Of a DNA stretch of 64,000 nucleotides, positions 11,101 to 24,305 are shown in pieces; position 1 is the stretch's first letter; each line of letters begins with the position of its first letter. Under the pieces are notes generated by a model, which saw only the letters and a list, made by a program, of their open reading frames with translations, made no database searches and was not told the origin of the DNA. The stretch is from Mobula hypostoma (taxonomy: Eukaryota), in NCBI RefSeq assembly GCF_963921235.1, contig NC_086109.1, positions 27,158,001-27,222,000 on the forward strand, written 5' to 3'. The position numbers and the translations under genes are program-made.

Positions 11101-12765
11101 AAGGTGGGGAGGGGGTGGGGGCTGGTGATGGGCTGATGCAGTCCATGAAGCATGTTAGTGGGTTGTGTTGGATACATATTAATGATTTCACTCCTAAGGA
11201 AGAACACATATGGAGCTTTGCTGGGCAAATCTAGATCATGTATATCAAAGCATGTTTATCATTGGCAACTTATTGTCCAACCAATTGTTCATCTCCTATG
11301 AGAACCAGTTCCGTGATGGTTTGTGATTACACTGCTCTCTGTTTAATAATGGACCTGCCAAATTCGTAGACTTAAAAAGTTAACCACTGGAGGAACTCAG
11401 CAGATCAAGCAGCATCCATGGAGGAAGAGGAATGGTCAACATTTTGGGTCGCAACCCTTTATCAGGATTTCATTACTAACTGTGAAACTATGCTATCTGT
11501 GCTAACTGTGCATTTGCTGTTTTTTTGTAATCGTGGATACCATTATGTCAATCATATTTATTCAGTGAAATATAAACAATCAAAAGTGGACTGGAAAAAG
11601 TACAGAACATTCTGCAATATGGAAACCTCTGTCAGTCAATATACATAAGGGAAGTGAATTGAAATTTAGTGCTCATTTCATACATGTTTTGAACATATTG
11701 GAACAATCTTCATGTGCTCCAAGTGAACTATTGATCAGCCCTCCAAGATGATGTCAATCTAAAACGTTGGGCATTCAGTTGCCTCCACAGACGCTGCCCA
11801 ACCTGCTGACTTCCTCTAGCTCCCTTTTGCTCCAGGTCCCAGCATCTGCCATAGCGAGTGTCCCCAATCTCCTGATTTGGCCAGCCTACACTGGGACACT
11901 TTCTGTGCTATTCAGCACTCTTTGGCAAGTGAGAGGTGACTGTGTGGCTCACCTTCATGTTTTCTTCACTTCCTTTGTTTCGCCAGCAACTGACTTGGTG
12001 TCAATTCTGAATTTTATTTTCCTCTTCTGTTGTGAGAAATTGTCTGAAACCCATGCAAAGGCCCCACTCCCAAGAAAAGACACAACAGAACAAAAAAAAC
12101 CTAGTCCTGTCAGTCTTCTGGGAAGTATTTTAAAAGTAAAAAAAAATGTTGTTTTAAAGCAGGGCCAATTTCTATCATTGTTTAACCATTTAACCAAAGT
12201 ACCTCTGCCTTGTTGACTGTGGCACTCTGGGCAAACAAATGCATCAGCGATGTTCACCAAATTCACTCTACTCTCTACAAAATTAGTGCCCAAGAAATAG
12301 CAAAATTTATTGATTGCAAAATGAAGACTTCATTTTCTTCCAAATATTTAGTGTTCGTACAGAGACAAACATGTGCAAATCTTTGCATCTTGTGAAGTCA
12401 CTGTGTGATTAATCACATGATATCCACAATAGGCCACATTGGGCAGTAAGCATTCTCACTAATTTTTTGGGGTGAATTGCATCTTTCATAGATCCAGTTA
12501 ATTAGATGGTTGCCTCTGTGGTCTGGCTGGATGAAAGATGGATCAGCAATTCTTTAAGCTGGGTGCCAAGACCTTGTAATTTCTGGTTTTTTTCTATTTT
12601 TCCCTTATTTGGAAGGGATGAGGGGAGAGTTCTGAGTGCAGTTTAAAACCCTACTCCCCTCCTAGTTTGTGATAATACAATGACCAAATGCACAGAGTTT
12701 CTGAAACCTAATCGTTAGTTGGAATTGAAAGTGCTGGTGCTCTAGCTGGTGATTAAACACTTTTT

Positions 12766-12975
12766 AAACACAAGAGATTCCGCAGTTGCTGGAAATCCAG
12801 AGCAACACACACAAAATACTGGAGGGACACAGGAGGCAGCATCAATGGAGAGTAATAAAACAACGACACTCAGGTCAAAACCCTGATGAAGGGTCTCTGT
12901 CCTAACTTCAGCTCTTTATTCCTCTTTACAGATACTGCCTGACCTGCTGAGTTCCTCAAGCACTTTGTGGGTATT
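12766..12975. mobile_element. Penelope-pLTR-derived palindromic short element
   Basis: Inverted arms (acacacaaaatactggagg...ggcagcatc / gatactgcctgacctgctgagttcctc) around a decayed ctgatgaagggtct core. Related pieces at ~11388, 11780, 17550, 23527, 49794. Confidence 0.75.
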
Positions 12976-13029
12976 CCTCACACTCATTGTGTTATTCTGT
13001 ATTGAATCAATAAATTCCACATTCTGTGC

Positions 13030-13972
13030 AAATTGATATACAAGGATGTTCTCAGTTCTGCAGAACTTGAGTTGTCTGGAAAGATCGAATAGGTCGGGAT
13101 TTTATTCCTTGGAACATAGAAGATTTCACTGCTAATGTAATGGTCTTTCAGTAGCAGCAGTGTTTGGGTTATGGTTAGAGATAATGGGTACTTTGGAATG
13201 TGAGCTGGGTCTTTTGTTCAGTGGGAGATGTGGAGAGAAGTCGCTGGAGAGAACCCGTCGTAGGATTCAACCTGGTGGGGGACCATGATTCAACGGAACC
13301 GGGTGCTGAGATTGACTGAGGATCGGCGAATATAAATTTTGGGAAGAGTTGATCTCCAACTTGTGCACATTTGACCACTTAATTATAATGGGCCCTTTTG
13401 TTTTTTTCTTTCTTTTCTTTACTTACCCTTTAGTTAAGATTCATAAATATACTTCCTTTAATCGTATGCAGTGTGCTGTCTGTTATTTCTTGGCACTGAG
13501 TGGTAACAGGGTAGCAAGTTACACAGCATTCACCCCTGGGGGGGGGGGGGAAAGTGTCTCAATCTCACGGGTTTAGTGGGACTTATGCAGCCAAGGAAAC
13601 CAGTGGGGCTTCATACAAAATTATGAGGGGTACAGATAGGGTAAATGCAAACAGGCTTTTTCCACTGAGGCTGGGTGGGACTATAACCAGAGGTCATGGG
13701 TTAAGGGTGAAAGGTGATAAGTTTAAGGGGAACATGAGGGGAAACTTCTTCAGAGGATCATGAAAAAGTGGAATGAGTTGTCAGCTCAAGTGGTGCATGC
13801 AAGCTCGATTTCAAACTTTAAGAGAAGTTTGGATAGGTAGATGGATGGCTGGGGTATGGAGGACTATGGTCCTGGTGCAGGTTGATGAGAGTAGGCAGTT
13901 TAAATGGTCCAGCACAAACTAGAAGGGCTGAAGGGCCTGTTTCTCTGCTGTACTTTTCTATGACTCTATGAT
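13030..13972 (+). mobile_element. CR1 3' fragment interrupted by an LTR-like insertion (~13126-13613)
   Basis: CR1 text breaks at tattccttggaacatagaagatt and resumes at tacaaaattatgaggggtac (YKIMRGTDRV...RGHGLRVKG). The insert ends in CA. Confidence 0.6.
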
Positions 13973-14079
13973 GCCACTGTCAGAGTACTAGTGTTGTCCT
14001 TTGAGCGAAAATAGAAAGTAGTCTTTGGTTCCATATTAATATTAACATCTTTTAACAAAGAAGGTAGAACCATGGTTCA

Positions 14080-14370
14080 TGCTTCCATCTTACACCTCCA
14101 GTGACCTGGCTGTAATACTGATCTTGGATACTGTCTGTGCAGAATTTCTTCCTGTGACTGCATGGGTGCTCCAGTTTCCTCCAATAAGCAAAGGATCTGT
14201 AAGTTGTTGGGTTAATTGGCTACCGGAAATTGTCTCAGTGTGGATAGATAGCAGAGGAATCAGGTGGAGTTGATAGAGATTGAGAGGAAAAATTGGATTA
14301 GCACAGATGTGCATTTGATGGCTCACATGGATACAGTGGACTGAAAGGGCCATTCTGTGCTCTTTATGTT
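14080..14370 (+). mobile_element. Degenerate V-SINE (HE1-like)
   Basis: V-domain-like ttcttcctgtgactgcatgggtgctccagtttcctcc followed by a CR1-like tail aagggccattctgtgct. Confidence 0.6.
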
Positions 14371-16215
14371 GTCTGATTTCAGCTCTCATAAATAAATAAC
14401 ATCCCAACGAAACTCTTTGGCAATCACTTACTGATTTTACACAAGTTTTTTTTGTAAAATAAGTATTTTAATATCTTAAGGCAATCTTGCACAATACAAA
14501 CTGCTTCACATCCAACATAACACACAATATTGCAGTACAGTGTTTGGTTTTAAAAAGTTGTCATGCAAAGAGAGATAGAGAAAGGAAAAGAGATGATATC
14601 ACCCATGCTTTTGGATATAAATACCCCCTCATCATAAAAGGCTGCAAGCTTTGTGAATCAAGTTGTTGAGCACATAATCACATGACCTGTTAAAAACTTG
14701 CTGTCATTTTGGCACTGGCATGCAAACTGTTGATCAGTAATGACAGTACAACAAAATTGTACAATAGGTCGCAGGAATTGCTTGAGTCATTTTTAACCTG
14801 TTAAGATTTCACAGCCACACTAAATACACTGGTAAAACTGAAAGAAAATGTCCCAAAGAAACACCAGTTTTGTAGTTTTGTACCTCTTTTGGTAAAAACA
14901 GCACAGGTTCCTCATTTCTAATTAACACTGTTAGGGTTCTGTTTATAGTGTTAAAATAAGATTATTTTCCATTGCTCCATAGGATCTTTTACTTTCCTTT
15001 TTACCACGGTAAGTTAAGCAGACATGTGAGTCTAAAGAATTTACAATGGACTGTGATGGCTATAGTCACACACAATAAGTGTACAGGCCTGAACCCAGTA
15101 CATTTATGCAATGCCTAATTAATCATTAATTTATCTTAGGCAGGTCCATTGACAAAATTCACAGTACAACTTTACATCAATACTGATATACAGACTTTTG
15201 GAAGCATTGACCCTTGGAGGACCTGAAAAACATTTTAAAAAAGGATATAATGGGGACATTTGTTTCAAGCTTATGGGTTGTGTAAAATGCAGTGCCTGTC
15301 TGCACATTTCTTAATATCCTATATTAAGAGAATCAGGCTATCCTTTAAAATGTTATATAATGTACACTGTTATGGAAACTGCAATAAACATTCAAGTCTT
15401 TCAGGGTGTACATGACATATTGTCAGTATGTATATAACATTAACTTCAATGATGGAATAAGATGATGGATAATTCCAGCCCATCCATGCGTTTTGATAAA
15501 TTAAACAAAAGACAATTCTTTTAGTTGTATTAATGAGAGCATAGACTCTCTTGATGCATCCACAATGAACAGAAGGTTCCAGGGCATCTGCAAGGTGTCA
15601 AAGAAACCCTAAATCTGTTCTCTAGTGCATACAAGGATTCAAAGGAACCCCAAATCTTTTGACAAGATGTCAAAGAAACCCAAAATCTGTTCTCCAGTGA
15701 TTACGAGGATTGTTATGGTGCTGAGATCAGGAGTGAAAGTACATCCATAGAATGCGAACAACCTTAGTAAACAAATCCCCTGCTTTTGTCCAGGAAGACA
15801 GGACACGGCTACTGTTGGTACACCACCAGAGTGCTGATGGTTTCTTGTCAATCTGTAGTTATGCCAGCTTTGATGAGAATGGTCCTTCTGGGCTACTGGT
15901 GTTAAAATTTGAGTAAGACCATTCAGAAATGAAATCACAGAGCACTTCCCACAGAAGGATTAGTAAAATTGCAGGGATTTTTCAAACTAAAATGGTTGTG
16001 AGTACTTGGACAAGTGGCATCTTCAACACTTGGTTACACAGGACTTAAGGAGCAAAAATAAAAAAATGTTGTTGATGTAGATTTGATGGAATATAATTAA
16101 AAGTTAAGGGAGGGGATAAATGACCCATTCCTGTTCTTAAGGTCCTTTCACCAGTTTGTTGATTCCTTGTGTCTGCTTCAAAGATTTAGGAGTACAAATT
16201 CATCTAGAAGAATCT

Positions 16216-16590
16216 TCACATAGAAGATTGAGAGCATATTTGAAAGAGATATACAAAATTATGAGGGGTATAGATAGGGTAACTCAAACAGGTTTTTTTC
16301 CAATGAGACTGGGTGGAACTATAACCAGAGGTCATATGTTAAGGGTGAAAGGTGAAAAGCTTAAGGAGAACATGAGGGGAAACTTCTTCACTCAGAGGGT
16401 TGTGAGATTGTGAAATGAGCTGCCAGAACAAGTGGTGCATGCGACCTAGATTTCAGCATTTAAGGGAAGTTTGGATAGGTACGTGGATGGTAGGGGTATG
16501 GAGGGCTATGGTCCCAGAGTAGGCAGTTTAAATGTCTTGCTGTGGTCTTGATGGGCCTGTTTCTGTGCTGTACTTTTCTATGACTCTACT
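16216..16590 (+). mobile_element. CR1 3' fragment
   Basis: IYKIMRGIDRV...RGHMLRVKG...RGNFFTQRVVRL and tail gtgctgtacttttctatgactct. Confidence 0.85.
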
Positions 16591-19137
16591 GCTTTGTGCA
16601 CTGGATTTGCAAGTTATAATAAAGGCAGGTTTAATTCTGCTTCTGAAATTCAGTGCTCCTAAAGACAATAAAACCAATGTTTAGATAAAGAGTTTAACTC
16701 CACACTAACTTCTCATTAGCACCTCCAGTTTTGGATGAATACATCTATTACTTAAAATATTTACAAGTTAGTGTTGAACACCTTGTGGCCTATTTACATA
16801 ATTTGAACCTAAAAATGGTGACTTATTTTCGTGGAATCAGTGAAATATTTATGACCCACAAGAGGCCATTTGATCTACTGAACCCATACTGGCAACCTCC
16901 CAAGCAATCTATTCAGTTCTATGCCCCTGAGATTTCCCCAGCACTGTAAATTATTTTCAAGCCTCTGCCCATTCAATGCTATTTTCTGACTTTGGAATGG
17001 AAGATGTTTTGAATTATTTGGATGTATTTCTATTCCTATCTCAATGCTCTTTTAATTCACTGCTGTATAATGTTTTCCAGTGAACTGGCACCCTGAGGAG
17101 TTGAAAAGGAATGTTTATAACTGGGGCATGGATGAGTGGATAGGGAGCACAGGATTTGGAGGCCCAGAGTGTTAGGGAAATATGGAAGTGGGATATTGTT
17201 GTGTTAGAAGGAGAACAGGAACACACAGGATCAACAAAATGGTGAAAGGACCTTAATAACACCAGTAGATCATTCATCCCCTCCCCTATCGATAGCAACT
17301 TTTGATTGGATTTCATCAAATCTACACCAGGAGCACTAGCCCACATGAGTCAATAGGACGAGCATTAGCCAGGGCCCTGATGAGTGGGTAGTCAAACAAT
17401 CCCTGGTGAGCTAGACACCTAACGATTGGCATTTCCAAATAATTGGATAGTGTATTGTTGAGGTTTCACAATGCCATTGGCTAGTCAAATTAAAGCTGCA
17501 ATAATAGAAAAGCAAATTCATCTAAAAGCCACATATCTGTAATAAAAGAGGAAAGCAAATTCAACAAGTCTGCCAGCATCTGTGGGAAGAGGAACAGAAT
17601 TAATATTCAAATCATTGATATTTCATCAGAACTTGGAATAGTTTGAGATTAATATTATTTAAGATGCAGAAAAACTGAAGAGGGAAAAACCTTGTGAGGA
17701 GTTGAAAAGTAGAGGAGAGTGAGAGACAATTTAGGTGTTTATGCAAATTAACAAAGTGTTGAAATGGTGGATACAGGTTCAATTGCACCATTTAAAAGAA
17801 GTCTGGGTAAGTACATGGATGGGAGGGGTATGGAGGGTTATGGTCCAGGTCAGGTCAACGGGACTAGGCAGAATAAATAACAGTTTGGCATGGCATGGAA
17901 TAATTACCTGAAATTTTCAAGAAAAAATTAAAATGTGCTAATATTCTGTAATTGGTTGAGTCTGAAAGAACACAAATGCATAAGTGGTAGATGTAGCACT
18001 GTTCCTCAAGTTATATGCCACAGTAATTGCAAAACAAAATAGCAAAACACCTCCAGATGAGAATTTTGCTTTGGACCTGCAAATTAGGACAGTTGTCTAG
18101 AATGGAAAACAGCACAGGAGTTTTAGCATTGTGAATGTACTTCCATCTTGAGAGTTCAATACGAGAGATCTTTCAAGTGAGAACCTATTTAGATAGATGA
18201 AAACAAGTAAAATCCAGTGATTGGATTGCGATCTTCATTAGCTGTTGTAAAAAGCAATGCTTATGTAGTTTGTAGCGGTGAACACAATTAGGTTAAAGTT
18301 ACCAACTTCAAAGTCACTTGCATGTATCCATGATCTCTTTTTTGTATGAGGATTTGATTTAGTTCTGTGTTTATTTTGCCTTTAGGAAGTGTCATAGTAA
18401 ATAATGATCTGTAATCTGAAGGATTAACATATGATTATGGTTAAGTTCATAAAAGGAATCAGAAGAAAAGATTTCAGAAAAATATAATCAGTTTTAAAAC
18501 AAAAATGATCCAATCAAAAATACTAACCACTAGGTCTGCTGTTTACTTCTGGGATTATCTAATAATATTTAAGACTTCATGATTTTTTCTAAATACGATG
18601 ATCAGCATATCTTATACGTATATAACAGACAACAGGGGAAGAAATGCAGATTGAAACCTGCTTCAGACTCTGAATATTGATAGAGGCATTATCATTGTGT
18701 ATGTTTCTTTTGTTACTAAAATGAATAAAAGGTTACAGAAAAGATAAAATGGAGCAGATGCCTCATGTTTTTTCCATTTAGAGTTGGAACCAATGCAAAA
18801 TACTCCTACACATAATTGAAGACCCATAAGTGAGCCCTGGCATTCACTGCTCAGGTTATCCATTATTTGATGGGGAGTTATTCTCTGTAAATGGCAAAGC
18901 TTTATTAATACATTTATAGTTTGCCAGCTCCTGGCATTTGTTTCATTAACTGTTTAGAAATTAGTATTGAAAGAATCTTATTGGAGTGAAGGATGAATTA
19001 CAATGTACACTGAGAAAAATGATAAATGATTTTAATGAAGTCTAAATTATAGCAATTCCCACTTTATTTATTCTACCATACAGGCTTTCATTTATGTATA
19101 ATTTAATATTAGATGTATAGTATATATAGTCTACAGT

Positions 19138-19222
19138 GTGTATATATATATGTTTGTAAGTGAGAGAGAAAGAGAGGGGGGTAGAAGTGGGAGAGAGAAT
19201 GAGAGAGAGAGAGAGAGAGAGA
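19138..19222. repeat. (TA)n / (GA)n microsatellite cluster
   Basis: Seen directly. Confidence 0.85.
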
Positions 19223-19959
19223 ATGCATATGAAAGAGAAAATGCTAGAAATAGAGTTAATGATTCAGATTTAAGGGTCTTCATCAGAACAGACAAAATGT
19301 CTTAAATCTGAAACATTAATCCTGTTTCTACTAGGGTCTAGAGGGTCAAATCAGTCTGCCATTTTTCACTTTCATATGCTTGCGTGCAGTTGCTTTCTGT
19401 GTGTGTGTGTCTTCTAATATGTGATTACTTGCAAATGTGCATATATGCTTGTACATGTCTGTATGATACATGTGTGCACTGCCTGTGTTCACACATGCCT
19501 GTTGCATTGAATCAGATTCAGAGATCTCTGGATATTTGTCAAGGTAAGGAGACGAATCTCAAGGTTGTAAAAATGCATACTTACTTTGATAATAAATGTA
19601 CATAGAACTTTAATGTCACACTCTATTTTCCTGCTAGGATTAATTTCAATTCTAAAGAAATGTAACCAGAAAAACACATCTTTACTAGCAAGATCCATGA
19701 AATAGAGGTTTTTAAAAATTTGTGTGGATTCATAATTCATTAATTCTTCATTCCCCATGCTGAACCGGAATGAAATATCCTTACAACCAACCAACAAAAA
19801 TGTTTTATTTTCATTCTTCTGACTTTAACTCAATGCTGGACTCATCATTTTTTAAAGTGTTTTTTATTGTCATGTGCTCGACAGCACATGCCATCCATGA
19901 GTTCCATCAAGGGATGAATAGGCAATAGTTTTGAAGAGCTTATTAGTAACTTCTCAGAT

Positions 19960-20041
19960 TAAAGACAAATGGAAGACCGTGATCGCCCACATCATACGAC
20001 AGGGCGCATAATGATGATGATAATGATGATGATGATGATGA
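19960..20041 (+). mobile_element. RTE-type LINE 3' end with (GAT)n tail
   Basis: tggaagaccgtgatcgcccacatc...ggcgcataa followed by tandem gat repeats. Confidence 0.55.
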
Positions 20042-20379
20042 TTAATGTCAACTTAAGTGCCTATTAATATACTAATCAAAATGTGCTATTCCTTTGACTC
20101 ATCATTCTCCCCTCCCCACTTTTTCCACCCCCACATACTTTTTACAATTATACAATGAAAGGAAAGGAAAAAGAGTCATGTAGAACATAGAACAGTACAG
20201 CAGAGGAACTAGCCATTTTGCTAAAAGGATGCTAAGTGATAATAAATTAAACTAATCTCTTCTGCCCACACATGGTCCATATCCCTGCACATTTATGTGT
20301 TTCCGATTCAGGATAATAATCATGTAAGAGAGGGAAGTGATAAAACAGAGGATTAAATGGTACATTAATCATATATTCC

Positions 20380-20790
20380 TCCAAGTGGACCACAACCTTG
20401 TCATGGTTTGGAGGTTTGCGTGCCTCAGTGACCCAGAGAGCCATGTTGACTGTAGTCAGGACCTTATGCTTTGGCTCTTGCGGGGTCACCCATGCCAAAA
20501 AGGTCAAAGGGTAGAGGCCGGACTAAGAGTGGTAAACCAGTCCTCCAGGTTTGGAGGTTCAGCTCAGGGGTAACAACCATGACTGGTAAAACAAAATTGT
20601 TACAGAAACAGCAATGAAGAATCCTTCTACATCTGAGTGCGATGGTATTCCTGAGTCTCCACTTGGGACTTGCATGACTGACAGCAGTGAAAACCAGGAG
20701 GAAGCTACTGAAATGATGAAGGAAGCTCTGAACACCACCAGAGATGGAGGACCTTCATTGCTGCTCCAAATGCCAGCAGAGTTACAGGTA
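20380..20790 (+). mobile_element. RTE-derived 5'-region fragment (non-autonomous)
   Basis: accttgtcatggtttggaggtttgcgtgcctcagtgacccagagagc...gtcctccagg...aacaacc motif typical of RTE 5' UTRs. Confidence 0.55.
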
Positions 20791-23700
20791 GTTAGTAATC
20801 ATACATTATGTCTTCAATAATGTCATTTTGAGATTTCATCACAATGTTTGGAGATTTGTAGAGATGTAGAAATGAGAGATATAGCATGTTCAGTTCATTT
20901 GTAATTGTTGGGTTGCTGAATTCTGAAGATCAGGCCTAAACCTCTAAGCACTTTTACATGGCTAACATTCAGATGACCCATGCTAAGTAAAACAAGTACT
21001 GGAATCGGATTCATCTACTGTGATCTAGGCATAAGCTTTGAAATGGAAAGCAGTATCTATAAGAAGCCAGGAACACAGAATTCATCTTTCATCAGCACAT
21101 AGAGCTACAACAATTGGAGATGGTCACTTACTCAGTCTTATCACTCTGCTCCAGAAACCAGCCCATTTCCAGCTCTTCTGAGATCAAGGGGAAATGATAA
21201 ATACAGACAGAGACAAGACTAGAAGCTAGGCAGGGGACATATGCAGAAAGCTGTCCTTGGCCATTTGTGCTAAATGCACAGGGTAGTGAGGCATTGCTGT
21301 TATACTTCCTTCTTCACATGTCATTCCATTGGAATCATTTAGGACACTTGGCAGAGGACAAATTCATACCTGACATGATTTATTTTCATCTTAAGGTTAG
21401 TCTCTTCCAGCTTGCAGAGATGAAACCTATCCTTTCTAATAGCCATCAACAACCTTGCCTAAATTATATACACTTCTAGACTGTGAAATGCTTTGGAAAA
21501 CTACTTTTTTGCTAGTCTGGGCCAACATTACAGACTTACATATGAAACGTATTCCAAGCAGGCCATTACTGGCTTTTTTTTTCACAAATTCTCTCCATTT
21601 ATCAGAAAAAGAAACAAAATGCTTATATCAAGCTTATATCAATAAAGTTTGATGATCATTCTGATCTAAACACTAACTCCAGATCTTTCACCATCTCTCT
21701 GCAACTAAGGAAGAAAGTGATATGGCAATCATTTGTTCTAGAGCAATGATGAATGCTTGTCTACCACTACCATCAAGTGTTGCTGTGGTGCTAGAAAATG
21801 CTACAAAGCTACGACAACTCTGTACAGTAGCTGATCACGGCTTCCATTCACAAAAAAATATTTTGGTAGTTCTGTGTGCATGGAATTGACTGGGATCTGG
21901 AGTGCCTCTCAGTGGTGCCTGGAAGCCTCACTCCACTGGATTTGCCTCAATTTTGGGGACATGAATGAATTAAGCCTTTATTTGCTGTATCTTCATCGCA
22001 GATGAACCAATGCACGTATAAGCTGAATTCAGGGTTGGATTATCAAGTACAATTGGTGATGATGAAGCATGGGTGTGAAGCAGCGGCTGATTCACTAATA
22101 CCTACACTCAGAGTGCTGCAAACCAAGACCCTTTTCACACCCCTCAAAAACTGCATTTGTTGTTAATATGATTGCCATTGTAATAGATACCATGGGAAAG
22201 AGAAATTATGCTTTAGTGAAAAATGAGCTGAAGTTGAGGTCTGACCTTCAGAAGTCAACACCCCTTGTCACTTAGTGGCCTTTAGGAAACAGCTTAATAG
22301 AGAATCATCAAAAAAAATAAGGACAGGACTTTTTTTTAGCCCCTGTAATTCATGACCAGAAAACCCAAAAACATTGCAGATGAATGAAAATTCCAGTTTG
22401 TAAAGCATGTTCAATTAGTTGTCTGACAGGACTTGTAGAAAGGACCATTTTATTTGATGATGTCTCTTACTGAGTGGCTCAAAATCATCAACAACATTGC
22501 TGTCATATTCCTGTTCACATAAATTGCTCCTCTTTTATGAAATGACCATTTTGAAAGCATAACTTTTACTATTAGAAATAAAATTCATTGCTGTTAAATG
22601 TCATTTATGAAAACAATATATTTATCATGTGATACTGTTTCTACCATTGTTCTTTCATCAGTTCTCAGAACAAGAGCATACAGTATTACATCTGAGTTTG
22701 GCTTTCATATCACCAATGATTGAAGTCTTGAGATTTTTAACATTTGATTTGTTAAGATAATTCATATCATATGTGGTAATAAGGAATATTCCTTATAACG
22801 GAAACCCAAATATTACCACTGAAACGACAAGTTTGGTTAATTACTCAAATTAGCATATGTAGATTAGGTAGGGATTTAAGAATGTTCAACCACATCCAAA
22901 TGGCCATGAACGTAAATATTTTTGGCATGCTGTTGATTGAAGATTCATGCAGAGAGATGAGCTACATGATGGGATGGAAAGAAAGCAGGCATGGAAACAC
23001 TGAGACAAATGGCCTTTTCTGCTAAATTCTATTAATATTCATACTTTGGTGAATAATAACAAACACAAATTTTCTTCACACAGGTGTGAATACAATACTT
23101 GAAACAGTATGTTCAAAGCAATCAGCTTGGTGCCTTAATCAGTACATTCCAGAAATATGGCTAATAGAGTGAAAAGGGCCTATGCATTAATATTTGCTAG
23201 ACATTTGATTCTGAGGTAATAGTACTGCCCAAGAGGTATTATTAATTGCAGATCAGCCACAGAGGTATTTCATCTCTGTTGTTTCAAGGTTTATTCATAA
23301 ATGCTGACATGAATTTTAGATGATTTTTTGCTAGTTGGAGGAAACTTTCCACTTGGGCTGAGAAAGTATAATATGAGATTATGAACTACCTGCTTCTTTA
23401 ATCATGGCTATTTATTAGATGATATCTACTCTAGCAAGTGGGGCAACCTTTGGCATGGAATAAGGGGCAACATCAGCCTGTAATAAAAAAGGAAAGAAAT
23501 GCAGGATAAAATTTAAACAAAACAGAAAATGCTGGAAATACTTAGGTTGTCCGGCTGCACCTGTAGGAAGAGAAACAGAATAAACATTTCATGTTGAAGA
23601 TAAGAGAAAACTGTGACTATTCATGGAACCAAACATTACAGTACTCCAGCTGCTTCTGGTCCATTAAGGGCTGACCTAACAGATATCCCACCATTACCTA

Positions 23701-23989
23701 TTAGCTGCAGGTCTCATTCACTCTGGCTGGAAAGCTCATGGAGCCTTGAATTAAAATACAGATTGATGTAGATGAGTATAATAATTCATAAAACTTTTAC
23801 CATTAATCTATAGTTTTGAATGCTCTATCAGTGTAGGAAATAACACCAATGATAACAATAATAGCACTGATTGGGTATAGAACCTAGTTGTTCTTATCTT
23901 TTCTTCCAGAATCAACCACAAAAATTGCAGCTTGGGAACTGCTTCTAGCATTGAATTTCATAGGTTAGTTTTCTCTTAATGTGCTGGTA

Positions 23990-24305
23990 TGCCAGAGACA
24001 TTTGAAATCCACCAAAGCAGCCAAGGTCTTTTAAACTGTTGGATAAGAATCTTGAATAAAAGATAATACTAATAATGGTGGCCATAAAACTGCTGATTTA
24101 TAGTAAAAAGAACCTTAATTTCAGATCAGAAATTTCCATTACTATGGCCTGCATGGCTCCAGATCTACATCAAAGCAGCTAGCTCTTGGCAATTACTCTT
24201 GGCAATAGCTTCCTGAGTAACTCGGATCAAAGGGCATCAGAGATAGGAAATAAATGCTGACTTTGCCAGAAATATCCATGAGCTGTGAATGAATAATAGG
24301 AAAAA
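23990..24305 (+). mobile_element. DeuSINE/SacSINE1-like old SINE (similar copies at ~40510-40720 and ~50920-51190)
   Basis: The three copies share gactccagacccac...tggttgactct...aagggcaatta...aataaatgctg. Confidence 0.55.

Noticed and set aside
20515..20590. Possible HDV-like ribozyme in the RTE 5' fragment
   Set aside because: A closing stem ACCAGTC/GACTGGT and a TCCTCC motif are visible, but I could not assemble the P1-P4 nested double pseudoknot.
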